From Acutalibacteraceae bacterium (GTDB taxonomy: Bacteria; Bacillota; Clostridia; Oscillospirales; Acutalibacteraceae): a stretch of 38,771 nucleotides of DNA. The position numbers and the translations under genes are program-made. Below the pieces are notes generated by a model, which was given only the letters and a program-made list of their open reading frames with translations, was not told the origin of the DNA and did not search any database. The stretch is from the NCBI GenBank assembly GCA_045540835.1, contig JAZQHX010000318.1:1-38771 (forward strand), read 5' to 3'. Positions 23,884-32,263 of the stretch are shown here, one piece after another; position 1 is the first letter of the stretch; every line of letters starts with the position of its first letter.

Positions 23884-24939
23884 ATGAGAGTTAATTTTAA
23901 AAATCTTGTTCTTGAGGTAACGCGCAAATGTAATATGCAGTGTGCGCATTGTATGCGTGGTGATGCCGAGGATGTAGATATGTCTACCGATATGCTTCAA
24001 AAACTGTTTGAGCAGGTAGGGGACATTGAGCATATCTGTATAACGGGCGGAGAGCCTTCGCTTAATCCAACCGCTATACACTATATTGCATACTTCGCAC
24101 GAACAACCCTTTGCAATATTGGTTCATTCTTTTGTTCTACTAATGCTAAAGAATACAGCCCTGAATTTGTAAAGGCGTTAAACGAGCTGTATATGATGTG
24201 CGACCAAAAGGAAGAATGCACCCTTACTGTCAGTATCGACCAGTTCCACGCACCTGCAGATGAATACGCCCTTAAGATGTACAGAGGTCTCCCGTATTAT
24301 AAGGGGACTAAAGAAAAGGGCTTTATATCCCGCGGCTATATATTGTCCGAAGGCAGGGCAAATGAAAATAATCTTGGTAGATTTTCAATGCCCTTCAGCG
24401 AGCATTTGTATGATATTTCATTCCATGGAATTCGTATGAACGTAGGCGACAGGATATATGTAAATGCGCTTGGAGATATTTTGCTTGATGCCGATTTAAG
24501 CTATAAAAATCAGGAGAACGAGCGTATCGGTAATGTAATGGAAGATCCGTTATATTGCCTTTTTACCTCGAATTATTTTGAAATCCCTGACCATTGGTTT
24601 GAAAAGGGCAAAAAATGCTTTTACTGTGTGCACATTCACGCTGATGCCAACACAATCAGCGGTACAGAGGAGGATAGTCGTGTGTATTATACCGAGCCGC
24701 AGAAGGCTTCGGCGGCTTACCAGAGTGCACTTACGAATATACGCATAACTCCCGTAAGCCCTAAATACAGCAAAATACCCGACGATTTAAAAATGACCTT
24801 TGTACCGCTTGAAGTCGAGGATGACAGATGCATTGGCACAAAAATCAGGTATTCACTACCCGAAGATAAGCGTGAGAGGTATGTAACCATCGAAATACTT
24901 CGCTGTCCCTTAGAGGAGGGTTATTACGATGGAAAGTGA
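23884..24939 (+). CDS. Radical SAM enzyme with an unassigned C-terminal domain
   Basis: ORF trimmed to the ATG at 23884 (RBS GGAGGA). Contains CNMQCAHC (CxxxCxxC) and the ITGGEPSLNP SAM-binding motif. About 351 aa. Confidence 0.75.
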   Translation: MRVNFKNLVLEVTRKCNMQCAHCMRGDAEDVDMSTDMLQKLFEQVGDIEHICITGGEPSLNPTAIHYIAYFARTTLCNIGSFFCSTNAKEYSPEFVKALNELYMMCDQKEECTLTVSIDQFHAPADEYALKMYRGLPYYKGTKEKGFISRGYILSEGRANENNLGRFSMPFSEHLYDISFHGIRMNVGDRIYVNALGDILLDADLSYKNQENERIGNVMEDPLYCLFTSNYFEIPDHWFEKGKKCFYCVHIHADANTISGTEEDSRVYYTEPQKASAAYQSALTNIRITPVSPKYSKIPDDLKMTFVPLEVEDDRCIGTKIRYSLPEDKRERYVTIEILRCPLEEGYYDGK

Positions 24940-26311
24940 GCAAACCCTGTTTTGTTTAAGTGAGATATCTGATTCTAAGAGGTATCTTGAGACAATAGCA
25001 CCGCAGCTTTTAAAGCTTCGCCTACAGTACGAAAAATATAAAGGCAGCGGTCTTAAAGCAGAACAGGACAGCCTTAGCGAACTGTCTAAAACAGTAAAAA
25101 AGATATTACGACATTTTCCGTCTTTAATACAGCAGCTTAGTGAGCTTGGCGACAGTGCGACACTTGAAACTACCGAAAAAATGTATTCCGTTTTAAAAAA
25201 GTACGATTATCTCGGTGTTTCGGATTACACTCCGTTATGCAAAGCACTGCTTGTATTTGCCTCAAAGCTTCCAAGCAGAGAGGGTAATATCAATAAGGCT
25301 GCACTCGGGCATCTTATGAATCAGGTAAGGATTGGATATTTCCCAACCGATACTGAGCATGTAAAGCTTATAAAAAAGGCGGTAGTTTTCCCCGAAAACA
25401 AGGTTAATCTTATTGACCCTTGTTGTGGAGAGGGAATTGCCTTATCGCTTTTTGCTGAGGGAACAAACTCGGATACTTACGGTGTAGAGATAGATACAGT
25501 TAGGGCTGAAAATGCACAAAGCAGACTTAAAAGGGTAGGCTTTGGGAGCTTTTTTCATTCAAGAATAAGCAACAATGCTTTTCAGTGCCTTTTTCTGAAC
25601 CCGCCATATCTGTCGGCACCGAGTGAACACGGAAACCGAAGGCTTGAAAAAAGCTTTTTGGCAGACAGCTTAAGGCTGCTTGAGGATGGCGGACTCCTGA
25701 TATACATAATTCCGTATTACAGAGCCACAGCCGATGTTTGCAGGGTGCTATGCGAGTTCTTTTGCGACCTTAGTGTTTACCGCTTTACAGGCGATGAATT
25801 CGGCAAATTTAAGCAGGTAGTATTTCTTGGTAAAAAGATTCCAAGACGTGAGGCGGAAAAGCCTACCGAACGCCTGACCGAGCTTATGCTGTATCCGGAT
25901 AAAATACCTCCGCTGACTAGTGTTCGTGATGGTGTATATACACTCCCCGAAGCATCCAAGTCGGTAGATATTTTTAAAGGTGCAGTATTTAACGAAAAGG
26001 AGCTTGCCGAACAGCTTAAACGTTCCAACAGTATCGAGAGACTTTTCCCTATAAGCCGACTTGATAAATGTGAGCGTCAGCCACTATTGCCTCTGAACCT
26101 ATCTCAAATAGGTTTAGTTGGTGCCAGCGGTATGATGAATGGCCTTGTAAAATGCGATACTCCCCACATTATTAAGGGGCGAATCGTAAAGGAAAAGAAA
26201 AGCCGAGTAGGTCCTGAGGATGAGTACGGAAAAATCGAGCTTAAGGAGATAACCTCTAACAAACTAATATTTAATTTATTAACCCAGACCGGGTTTAAAT
26301 CACTCGGTTAA
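24929..26311 (+). CDS. N6-adenine-type DNA methyltransferase (orphan, no cognate nuclease seen)
   Basis: 460 aa. Motif I IDPCCGEGIAL and motif IV NPPY (FLNPPYL). The start overlaps the radical SAM gene by 11 nt. Confidence 0.7.
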   Translation: MESEQTLFCLSEISDSKRYLETIAPQLLKLRLQYEKYKGSGLKAEQDSLSELSKTVKKILRHFPSLIQQLSELGDSATLETTEKMYSVLKKYDYLGVSDYTPLCKALLVFASKLPSREGNINKAALGHLMNQVRIGYFPTDTEHVKLIKKAVVFPENKVNLIDPCCGEGIALSLFAEGTNSDTYGVEIDTVRAENAQSRLKRVGFGSFFHSRISNNAFQCLFLNPPYLSAPSEHGNRRLEKSFLADSLRLLEDGGLLIYIIPYYRATADVCRVLCEFFCDLSVYRFTGDEFGKFKQVVFLGKKIPRREAEKPTERLTELMLYPDKIPPLTSVRDGVYTLPEASKSVDIFKGAVFNEKELAEQLKRSNSIERLFPISRLDKCERQPLLPLNLSQIGLVGASGMMNGLVKCDTPHIIKGRIVKEKKSRVGPEDEYGKIELKEITSNKLIFNLLTQTGFKSLG

Positions 26312-26336
26312 ATTTAAAGAAAAGAGGACAAATAAA

Positions 26337-26852
26337 ATGTTAAAACAACCCCGGAAATTAACAAATGAAGAGGCTGCTTTTGCGGCCGAAAATCACAGTA
26401 AAATATATGACTTTCTTTATGAAAACGGACTGTCTTGCGATGATTTTTATGATGTTGCCGTTTTCGGATATTTGAAAGCGGTGCAATTATATTTTGAGGG
26501 CGAAATGTCCTGCGATTTTATAGAAATTGCAGGTCGTGAGATGCTTTCTGCCTGCGTAAGCGCCGAAGAAGAAAATAGCCTTCTTGCCGAGCCTGCATCC
26601 TACCTTGAGGATACTATTGCAGATGCAAAATCTATTGCCGAAGAAGCAATAAAAGCGGTGGATTTAGATAATACACTGGCGAGCTTTTCGGCAAACGAAC
26701 AGCGTATCGCAAGGCTTGTTGTAAGCGGATATTCGGTAGAGGATATTGCCGATATTTTCGGTATGGGCACAGGTACTGTTACAAAACTTGTTTTGGATAT
26801 GTGCCGCAGACTTGAAGGTAACAGCTTTTCTCCCGTAATGATTGCAGCGTAA
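26337..26852 (+). CDS. Sigma-70-family / sigma region-4 HTH protein
   Basis: 171 aa. The C-terminal NEQRIARLVVSGYSVEDIADIFGMGTGTVTKLV fits a region 4.2 HTH, and the N-terminal half is region-2-like. Confidence 0.55.
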   Translation: MLKQPRKLTNEEAAFAAENHSKIYDFLYENGLSCDDFYDVAVFGYLKAVQLYFEGEMSCDFIEIAGREMLSACVSAEEENSLLAEPASYLEDTIADAKSIAEEAIKAVDLDNTLASFSANEQRIARLVVSGYSVEDIADIFGMGTGTVTKLVLDMCRRLEGNSFSPVMIAA

Positions 26853-26877
26853 AACACAAAAAAGAAAGGACGATTTT

Positions 26878-27369
26878 ATGTTCAACCCCATTTTATATTT
26901 AATAACCCTTTTTGAGCTTTTTATTGCAAGAAAAAGGGCAAAAGCGGCAAAAAATGCTATGAACCATAAAATAACAAAGACCCGCACCGACGCCGATGAG
27001 CTCGATAGGTGCTATGAGAACTTTCTCAAGAGAGCTAACCGTGAAGAAAAACTGGCGGTAAAGCTCAAGAGAATAAAGAACCAGAACACCGATTTTGCAA
27101 TTTTAAAGGTGTGTCTTAACCTTGGCGATGTAATGAAAAGCAAAGGAGCCGAAGGTCTTACAAAGCTTGATATTTCTACTGCCCTTACCCGTCATAAGCA
27201 CGGGGACTGGGGAGAGCAGGAGCGTAACCGCTGGATAGATAACAATATGGCAGTAATAGAAGGCACGGGCGTTATCTGTTCAAGATATAAATATCACGGC
27301 GGCGGAGCTTTCCTGATTAACACCGATATCCTGAACCATAAAACCAGAATATGTCTGGAGGGTGAATAA
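26878..27369 (+). CDS. Membrane-anchored protein with a C-terminal HGDWG...SRY motif
   Basis: ORF trimmed to the ATG at 26878 (RBS AAAGGAC). Has an N-terminal TM helix. The C-terminal RHKHGDWGE...NNMAVIEGTGVICSRY recalls a small family I remember from plasmids/ICEs, but I cannot name it. Confidence 0.4.
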   Translation: MFNPILYLITLFELFIARKRAKAAKNAMNHKITKTRTDADELDRCYENFLKRANREEKLAVKLKRIKNQNTDFAILKVCLNLGDVMKSKGAEGLTKLDISTALTRHKHGDWGEQERNRWIDNNMAVIEGTGVICSRYKYHGGGAFLINTDILNHKTRICLEGE

Positions 27370-27704
27370 TGAGCTTGAAACTGGATATCCCGCTTTTTAA
27401 GACAATCCTTATTGGAATTGATGAAGAAAGCGACAGATTTGAGCAAATGCTGAGCGCCAAAATGAAGCAGTATAAAGGCATTGAGTATATCAGAGATGCT
27501 GTGCTTCAGTCATTGCTAAACGGTGTAGAGGTCAGTGTCAGCGATTTAGACTTAGATGCTTTTGATATTGAGGATGTGTGGGAGTTTAATAGTTGCTACT
27601 ATGATTATTGTGATAATATGGGTTCTCTTCGCAGTCTTTCCTCACGCTTTATTGATTCCTGCAAGGAAACTGAGCCGAAACCCGTTGTGGCAAGCTTTAT
27701 TTGA
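27369..27704 (+). CDS. Hypothetical acidic protein
   Basis: 111 aa with RBS GGAGGG. D/E-rich. Confidence 0.5.
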   Translation: MSLKLDIPLFKTILIGIDEESDRFEQMLSAKMKQYKGIEYIRDAVLQSLLNGVEVSVSDLDLDAFDIEDVWEFNSCYYDYCDNMGSLRSLSSRFIDSCKETEPKPVVASFI

Positions 27705-27715
27705 GAGGTGCCATT

Positions 27716-28297
27716 ATGTCTAATAGAGATATAAGCGATATAGCTTTTGAGGATGTAATCGGGACATTAGCTATTGTAAAGCTTGTTTATGATGAAACAG
27801 GTATAAGGATGAATACTCAGTTAAACGAGTATTCGCTTTGCGAAACCTATTTTGAGGCATTGGATTATGCGGGAAACAGAGAGGAATCGGCAGATGATTA
27901 TTACGGCGGATATATAGATAAGTATTCCTTTGAATTCATGCCCCGCTATTATGAACTTTGCAAGGAATACGGGCGTATGAATAAAGTGAAATTCAGCAAA
28001 AATCCGTTTGTGCTGGAGGCTGCTCGACTTGTCAATTCTGAAATGAACGGAGTCGATAGTTACTGTATAAGCTGGTCTCTTTTTACCCCTAAAAGGATAG
28101 AAAAGAAAAAGTATCCTTGTCTTGCAATTTTCCTTGACCCTGAGTTCTTTCAGCCGATTCAGCTTGTTGAAGCCCTTTGTAATATCCGCGCATTTTACCG
28201 TGAGGGTGTTATAAGACTTGAAAAGGCGATAAATGCGCAAAAGAACAACATAATCGTAATGCCGGACAAAACTGCCGAAAGGAAGAAAGCCGCATGA
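27716..28297 (+). CDS. Hypothetical protein
   Basis: ORF trimmed to the ATG at 27716 (RBS GAGAGGTG). 193 aa, ends KKAA. Confidence 0.5.
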   Translation: MSNRDISDIAFEDVIGTLAIVKLVYDETGIRMNTQLNEYSLCETYFEALDYAGNREESADDYYGGYIDKYSFEFMPRYYELCKEYGRMNKVKFSKNPFVLEAARLVNSEMNGVDSYCISWSLFTPKRIEKKKYPCLAIFLDPEFFQPIQLVEALCNIRAFYREGVIRLEKAINAQKNNIIVMPDKTAERKKAA

Positions 28298-28947
28298 GAA
28301 ATGAAGTATTATTACATATCTTTGATGATGGCAACGTTCATGTTGAAATAACCGAAGGTGTTAAGGTAACCACAAAATCCATTGCGGTAGATACCCTTGT
28401 GAACTGTATTAAAAGCAGTCTCAGGAGTACTGCAATCCAATCGGGCTTGCTTCCGAGAAATGTAGTCGCAACCGCATTTTCTACCGATGGTTCATACAGG
28501 CGAGTTATAGTTGAGCTTGCATCAGAACGTGCGACGATTACCTACGGAAACACCGAGTATGAAAACTTTCCGCTACCGAGAATGCTGTTCGCTTTCAAAG
28601 TGGCGCAAAATGGCAGGGTGTCCGGTGTGGAGGTTGCAGTATGCGGACAGGGCAAGCTGACCCCCGAAACACCGCTGTATTATTATCCGTTTTCAAATGT
28701 AAATGGTTTTAATATGTGCACAGGGGGAAATCCGCTGCCTAAAATTGAGAGTTTAAGCCAACTTGAAAATCTTCCTGATTTTATCGTATCCATTCCCGAT
28801 AATGATGATTATTACAAGGAAGATCACAACTCTTTAAATCTCGGGCACCGTGACCTTTTAGAGCATCTTCGGGACAAGGACAGACAGTACTATTATGACC
28901 GTATTTTAGTACCGATGAAAAACCAAACCTTACAGAATTTCCTATAA
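28294..28947 (+). CDS. Hypothetical protein; possible E2/UBC-like fold (speculative)
   Basis: 217 aa. FPLPRMLFAF (92-101) and YPFSNVNGFNMCTGG (131-145, Cys142 at nt 28717-28719) loosely echo the UBC YPxxPP..F and HPN-x7/8-C layout. Confidence 0.3.
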   Translation: MRNEVLLHIFDDGNVHVEITEGVKVTTKSIAVDTLVNCIKSSLRSTAIQSGLLPRNVVATAFSTDGSYRRVIVELASERATITYGNTEYENFPLPRMLFAFKVAQNGRVSGVEVAVCGQGKLTPETPLYYYPFSNVNGFNMCTGGNPLPKIESLSQLENLPDFIVSIPDNDDYYKEDHNSLNLGHRDLLEHLRDKDRQYYYDRILVPMKNQTLQNFL

Positions 28948-28959
28948 GGAGAGTAAGCT

Positions 28960-29814
28960 ATGAACAAAGAACAAGAAGCAAAATTACAAGAGCCTTTTAC
29001 CGCCGCTGAAATAGACTGGCGTGTAATAAGGACAACCAAGGACAAAACCAAAGGCCAGGTAGCCGCTTATGTGGACTCAAGAGCCATTCAAAACAGGCTT
29101 GACAGTGTAGTAGGTAAGGATAACTGGCAAAACGATTTTATAACTGTGTCGGGGGCGGACAATAATGCTACCGCACACATTTGTAAGCTGAGCATTTACT
29201 ATCCTGAAAGAGGTGAGTGGATAGTAAAAAGCGATGGTGCAGGCTGTACTGATATAGAACCCATAAAAGGCGGTCTTTCAAACGCTTTTAAGCGTGCTGC
29301 ATCTATGTGGGGAATGGGCAGATACCTTTATGAGCTTAAAAATATATGGGTAATGCTCGATGAATATAAATGCATTGCAAAACACGAAAAGCCAAACCTT
29401 GATTCGATTTATAACGAGTTTTTAGCAAAGCTTTTAAAATCATCAGCCAAAGGCGCACAAAAAGGTAGTGCTCAGCAAACCGCACCGACGGTCAGAAAGC
29501 CCAATACGGCGCCTTCTGCCGATAGCAAGCCAAAGCCGAACGGTGAAGTTCCTGCAGGAAGATTTGCGGGTAACTCTGCTCCAAAACCTTCGGGATTTGA
29601 TTTTTACAACATAACCGAACTCAAGGTTATGAAGGATAATTCACAAACAAAGGTTACGATGCAGTCACCTGACGGTGAAGTAATTGTAGGCTATATGAAG
29701 GGAGTGCCTGAACTCAGGAAAGGACAAACAATCTCCAAACCTAAAATTGTTGTCAAAAACGCTCCCGGAATAGGAAATTACAATATAATCCAAGGCTATG
29801 ATTTAGCCGCATAA
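28960..29814 (+). CDS. Rad52/Rad22-type single-strand annealing protein
   Basis: 284 aa. Hallmark motif GGLSNAFKRAASMWGMGRYLYEL, followed by a low-complexity linker and a C-terminal beta-rich domain. Confidence 0.75.
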   Translation: MNKEQEAKLQEPFTAAEIDWRVIRTTKDKTKGQVAAYVDSRAIQNRLDSVVGKDNWQNDFITVSGADNNATAHICKLSIYYPERGEWIVKSDGAGCTDIEPIKGGLSNAFKRAASMWGMGRYLYELKNIWVMLDEYKCIAKHEKPNLDSIYNEFLAKLLKSSAKGAQKGSAQQTAPTVRKPNTAPSADSKPKPNGEVPAGRFAGNSAPKPSGFDFYNITELKVMKDNSQTKVTMQSPDGEVIVGYMKGVPELRKGQTISKPKIVVKNAPGIGNYNIIQGYDLAA

Positions 29815-29841
29815 ATTCGAAAACCGAAAGGACAAAAAATT

Positions 29842-30435
29842 ATGAAAACCCCAAAATATCAATATGTATTTTTTATTACAGTAACGGTACTGGAGAGCCT
29901 TTTGGCAATCGCAGTATCAATGCTTTACGCAAGCAACATTTTGCCTTATATGAAAGGCACCCTTATATTTCTGTCTATCATAGGCGGAAATATTGCCATA
30001 TTCTCCTTAACGAGATTCTTTTATAAGACTGCAATCGACTCTGCTTTAGAGCAAACTGCAGCCTACAGGGATAAAAGCAAAGAGCTTGAAGCCGAAAATA
30101 AGCATCTTTCTGATAAGGTAAGGGAGCTCGAAAGCAAAGAACGGGATGTAGGACGTCTTCGTGAAAAATGCAACTCTATAGAATACTTCCGTAACAGCTT
30201 TCCCCTTAATATTTCGGATGAATATGCCGTTTACAATATTATGCGAACCGACCTTCAAACCGGCGATTACAGCAAATGGCAGATTGTCGGCGTGTATAAG
30301 GATGAGCTTTGGTCCTATACGCTGCTTCGTCCGGACTCTCAAACCTTTAAGGAAATGTTAAGCTTAGTTTCCTCAACAAAGGAACCTGCAGGACTTAAAA
30401 ACATTAACCTCGATACAGAACTTTTGTACATGTAA
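29842..30435 (+). CDS. Membrane protein (2 TM helices) with a coiled-coil segment
   Basis: 197 aa. Two hydrophobic helices in residues ~8-60, then a heptad-like KELEAENKHLSDKVRELESKE. Confidence 0.55.
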   Translation: MKTPKYQYVFFITVTVLESLLAIAVSMLYASNILPYMKGTLIFLSIIGGNIAIFSLTRFFYKTAIDSALEQTAAYRDKSKELEAENKHLSDKVRELESKERDVGRLREKCNSIEYFRNSFPLNISDEYAVYNIMRTDLQTGDYSKWQIVGVYKDELWSYTLLRPDSQTFKEMLSLVSSTKEPAGLKNINLDTELLYM

Positions 30436-30445
30436 GGAGAATAAT

Positions 30446-32257
30446 ATGGAGCAGATTACTGCAATGAAAATAACCCAGCTTGAGCTTCGAAATTTCAGAA
30501 ACCAAGTTGACCCCGAAACCTTTGAGCTTGGCGATGTAAGCTATATTTCCGGTCATAACGGAACGGGCAAAACAACCTTGGCTCACGCCGTTTGTTATGC
30601 TCTTTTCGGCGTAAGCTATTACGGTGAGCAGAAAATAGAGCGCCTTATGAATGAGGACTCGGATTCTGTAAGTGTCCGTATGCAGTTTATTGACCAAGAC
30701 GGAAATATACACAACATTACCCGCAGTCGTAATAAGGATAAAACATATATACTGCTTGATGGTGTTACGGTACGCCAGGCACAGATAGAGGCAATGTTTT
30801 GTGAAAGAGATATGTTTCTTTCTATGTTTAACCCTGCGTATCTTACCGAATGTATGGACAGCGCCGACAGTCGCAAGCTTGTTTTGCGGTATCTGGGTGA
30901 AGTATCAAACGAAGATATTTTGCAGGAAATTGGCGGCAGCAGGGAATACCTTGAGGGTGTTGATTTATCCGTTAAACCGCCCGAAATGCTTATGTCAGAC
31001 TTTCGTGCTATGATACGGCAGGCCGAACAGCAAAGTGATATTTTAAAGGGTAATATTGATGCTGTTAAGCAAAACCTTGAGGCATCAAAAAAGAAGCTCT
31101 CCGACCTTTATGATGAGCGCCGAAAGACCGATGAAGAGATTAAAGGTCTTGAAAGCAAAAGAAATGAAGGGCTCGATTTTGGCGAGCTTGCCATTACTAA
31201 GGATTTGCTTTTGAGCCAGCTTCAGTCAGCGGGCAATAACGCGGCGGAATTTGAGCTTAAGTCAAAGCTTGAGCAGGCAAAAGGCAGAGTATATGAATCT
31301 AAATTCACTACAGCTATTGCCGAGGCGCAGGCAGAGGTAAAGCTGCTCACCGAAAAGCACGGTAAGCTTAAAAAGAGAGCTGAAGCTATAAGGCCCGGTA
31401 TCAAATGCCCAACCTGTATGATGGCTATTACAGAACAGAATATGGGTGCAGTTAAAAAGGGTATTATAGAAGAGCTTAACGGTATAGCAAAGCAGGGCAG
31501 AGAGGCTGTTGAACGTCTCAAGGAAGTAACCGAGATGGATAAACAGTCCAGACTTAAATTTGAAGAATTTAAAGCTGCTGATATTGCAAAGCTTACCGAA
31601 GAAATCAGTGCTTTAAGCTCTGCCAATAATACCGAAGACATATCCGAAATACAGGCTCGGCTAGATGATGTTGAATACACTCTTGCAAACGGTAATCTTG
31701 ATGAAGAAGAGCTTTCACGTCTTAAAATTTTAGAGGCTACATTAGTGGGTATTGATGCACAAATTGAAGCCATTAAAAATGAGACCAGTGAAGAGCGCCT
31801 TTTGGATGCAATTACTCAGCAACAGCTATTTACGGAGCAAATTGAAAAATACGAAAAGACAATATCTGCGCTTCGTGAATTTCTTTTCAAAAAGGCTGAA
31901 CTTGCTACAAAGGGGCTTGAAATGCCCAACGTTAAGTTCCGTTTGTTTGAGGTGATACGGACAACTGGTGAGCTAAAGAGCGTGTTTAAATTTGAGTATA
32001 AGGGCAGGGAATATACAACCCTATCCTTATCCGAAAAAACACTTGCGGGTATTGAAATTGCCGCTATGATGCGCCGCATTACAGGTGTTGACTGCCCGAT
32101 TTGCGTAGACAATACCGAAAGCGTTGCAGGCTTTAATCCTGTTGCAATGCCATCTCAAACGGTGTTGCTTAGATTCGTAAAGGGAACACCCCTAACCGTG
32201 CAGGTTAAGAACAGGACACCTGCCGTACAGATTCAGGAACTGCGGAAAGCGAGCTGA
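30446..32257 (+). CDS. Rad50/SbcC-family ABC ATPase with coiled coil and CxxC zinc hook
   Basis: 603 aa. Walker A GHNGTGKTT, long coiled coil with central KCPTCMM hook, signature-like LSLSEK and Walker B ICVDNTES. Confidence 0.75.
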   Translation: MEQITAMKITQLELRNFRNQVDPETFELGDVSYISGHNGTGKTTLAHAVCYALFGVSYYGEQKIERLMNEDSDSVSVRMQFIDQDGNIHNITRSRNKDKTYILLDGVTVRQAQIEAMFCERDMFLSMFNPAYLTECMDSADSRKLVLRYLGEVSNEDILQEIGGSREYLEGVDLSVKPPEMLMSDFRAMIRQAEQQSDILKGNIDAVKQNLEASKKKLSDLYDERRKTDEEIKGLESKRNEGLDFGELAITKDLLLSQLQSAGNNAAEFELKSKLEQAKGRVYESKFTTAIAEAQAEVKLLTEKHGKLKKRAEAIRPGIKCPTCMMAITEQNMGAVKKGIIEELNGIAKQGREAVERLKEVTEMDKQSRLKFEEFKAADIAKLTEEISALSSANNTEDISEIQARLDDVEYTLANGNLDEEELSRLKILEATLVGIDAQIEAIKNETSEERLLDAITQQQLFTEQIEKYEKTISALREFLFKKAELATKGLEMPNVKFRLFEVIRTTGELKSVFKFEYKGREYTTLSLSEKTLAGIEIAAMMRRITGVDCPICVDNTESVAGFNPVAMPSQTVLLRFVKGTPLTVQVKNRTPAVQIQELRKAS

Positions 32258-32263
32258 TAATCT

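Noticed and set aside
11777-26311. Helicase plus methyltransferase read as DISARM or BREX
   Set aside because: The two genes are 10 kb apart in different operons. No PglZ, BrxC/L, DrmB (DUF1998 as a separate protein), DrmC/PLD or similar components were recognised.
31222-31773. 183-aa minus-strand ORF inside the Rad50/SbcC-like gene
   Set aside because: It is an antisense shadow of a coiled-coil (E/K/L/A codon-rich) region with Ser/Ala/Leu-rich low complexity. The plus-strand frame has clear ATPase and hook motifs.
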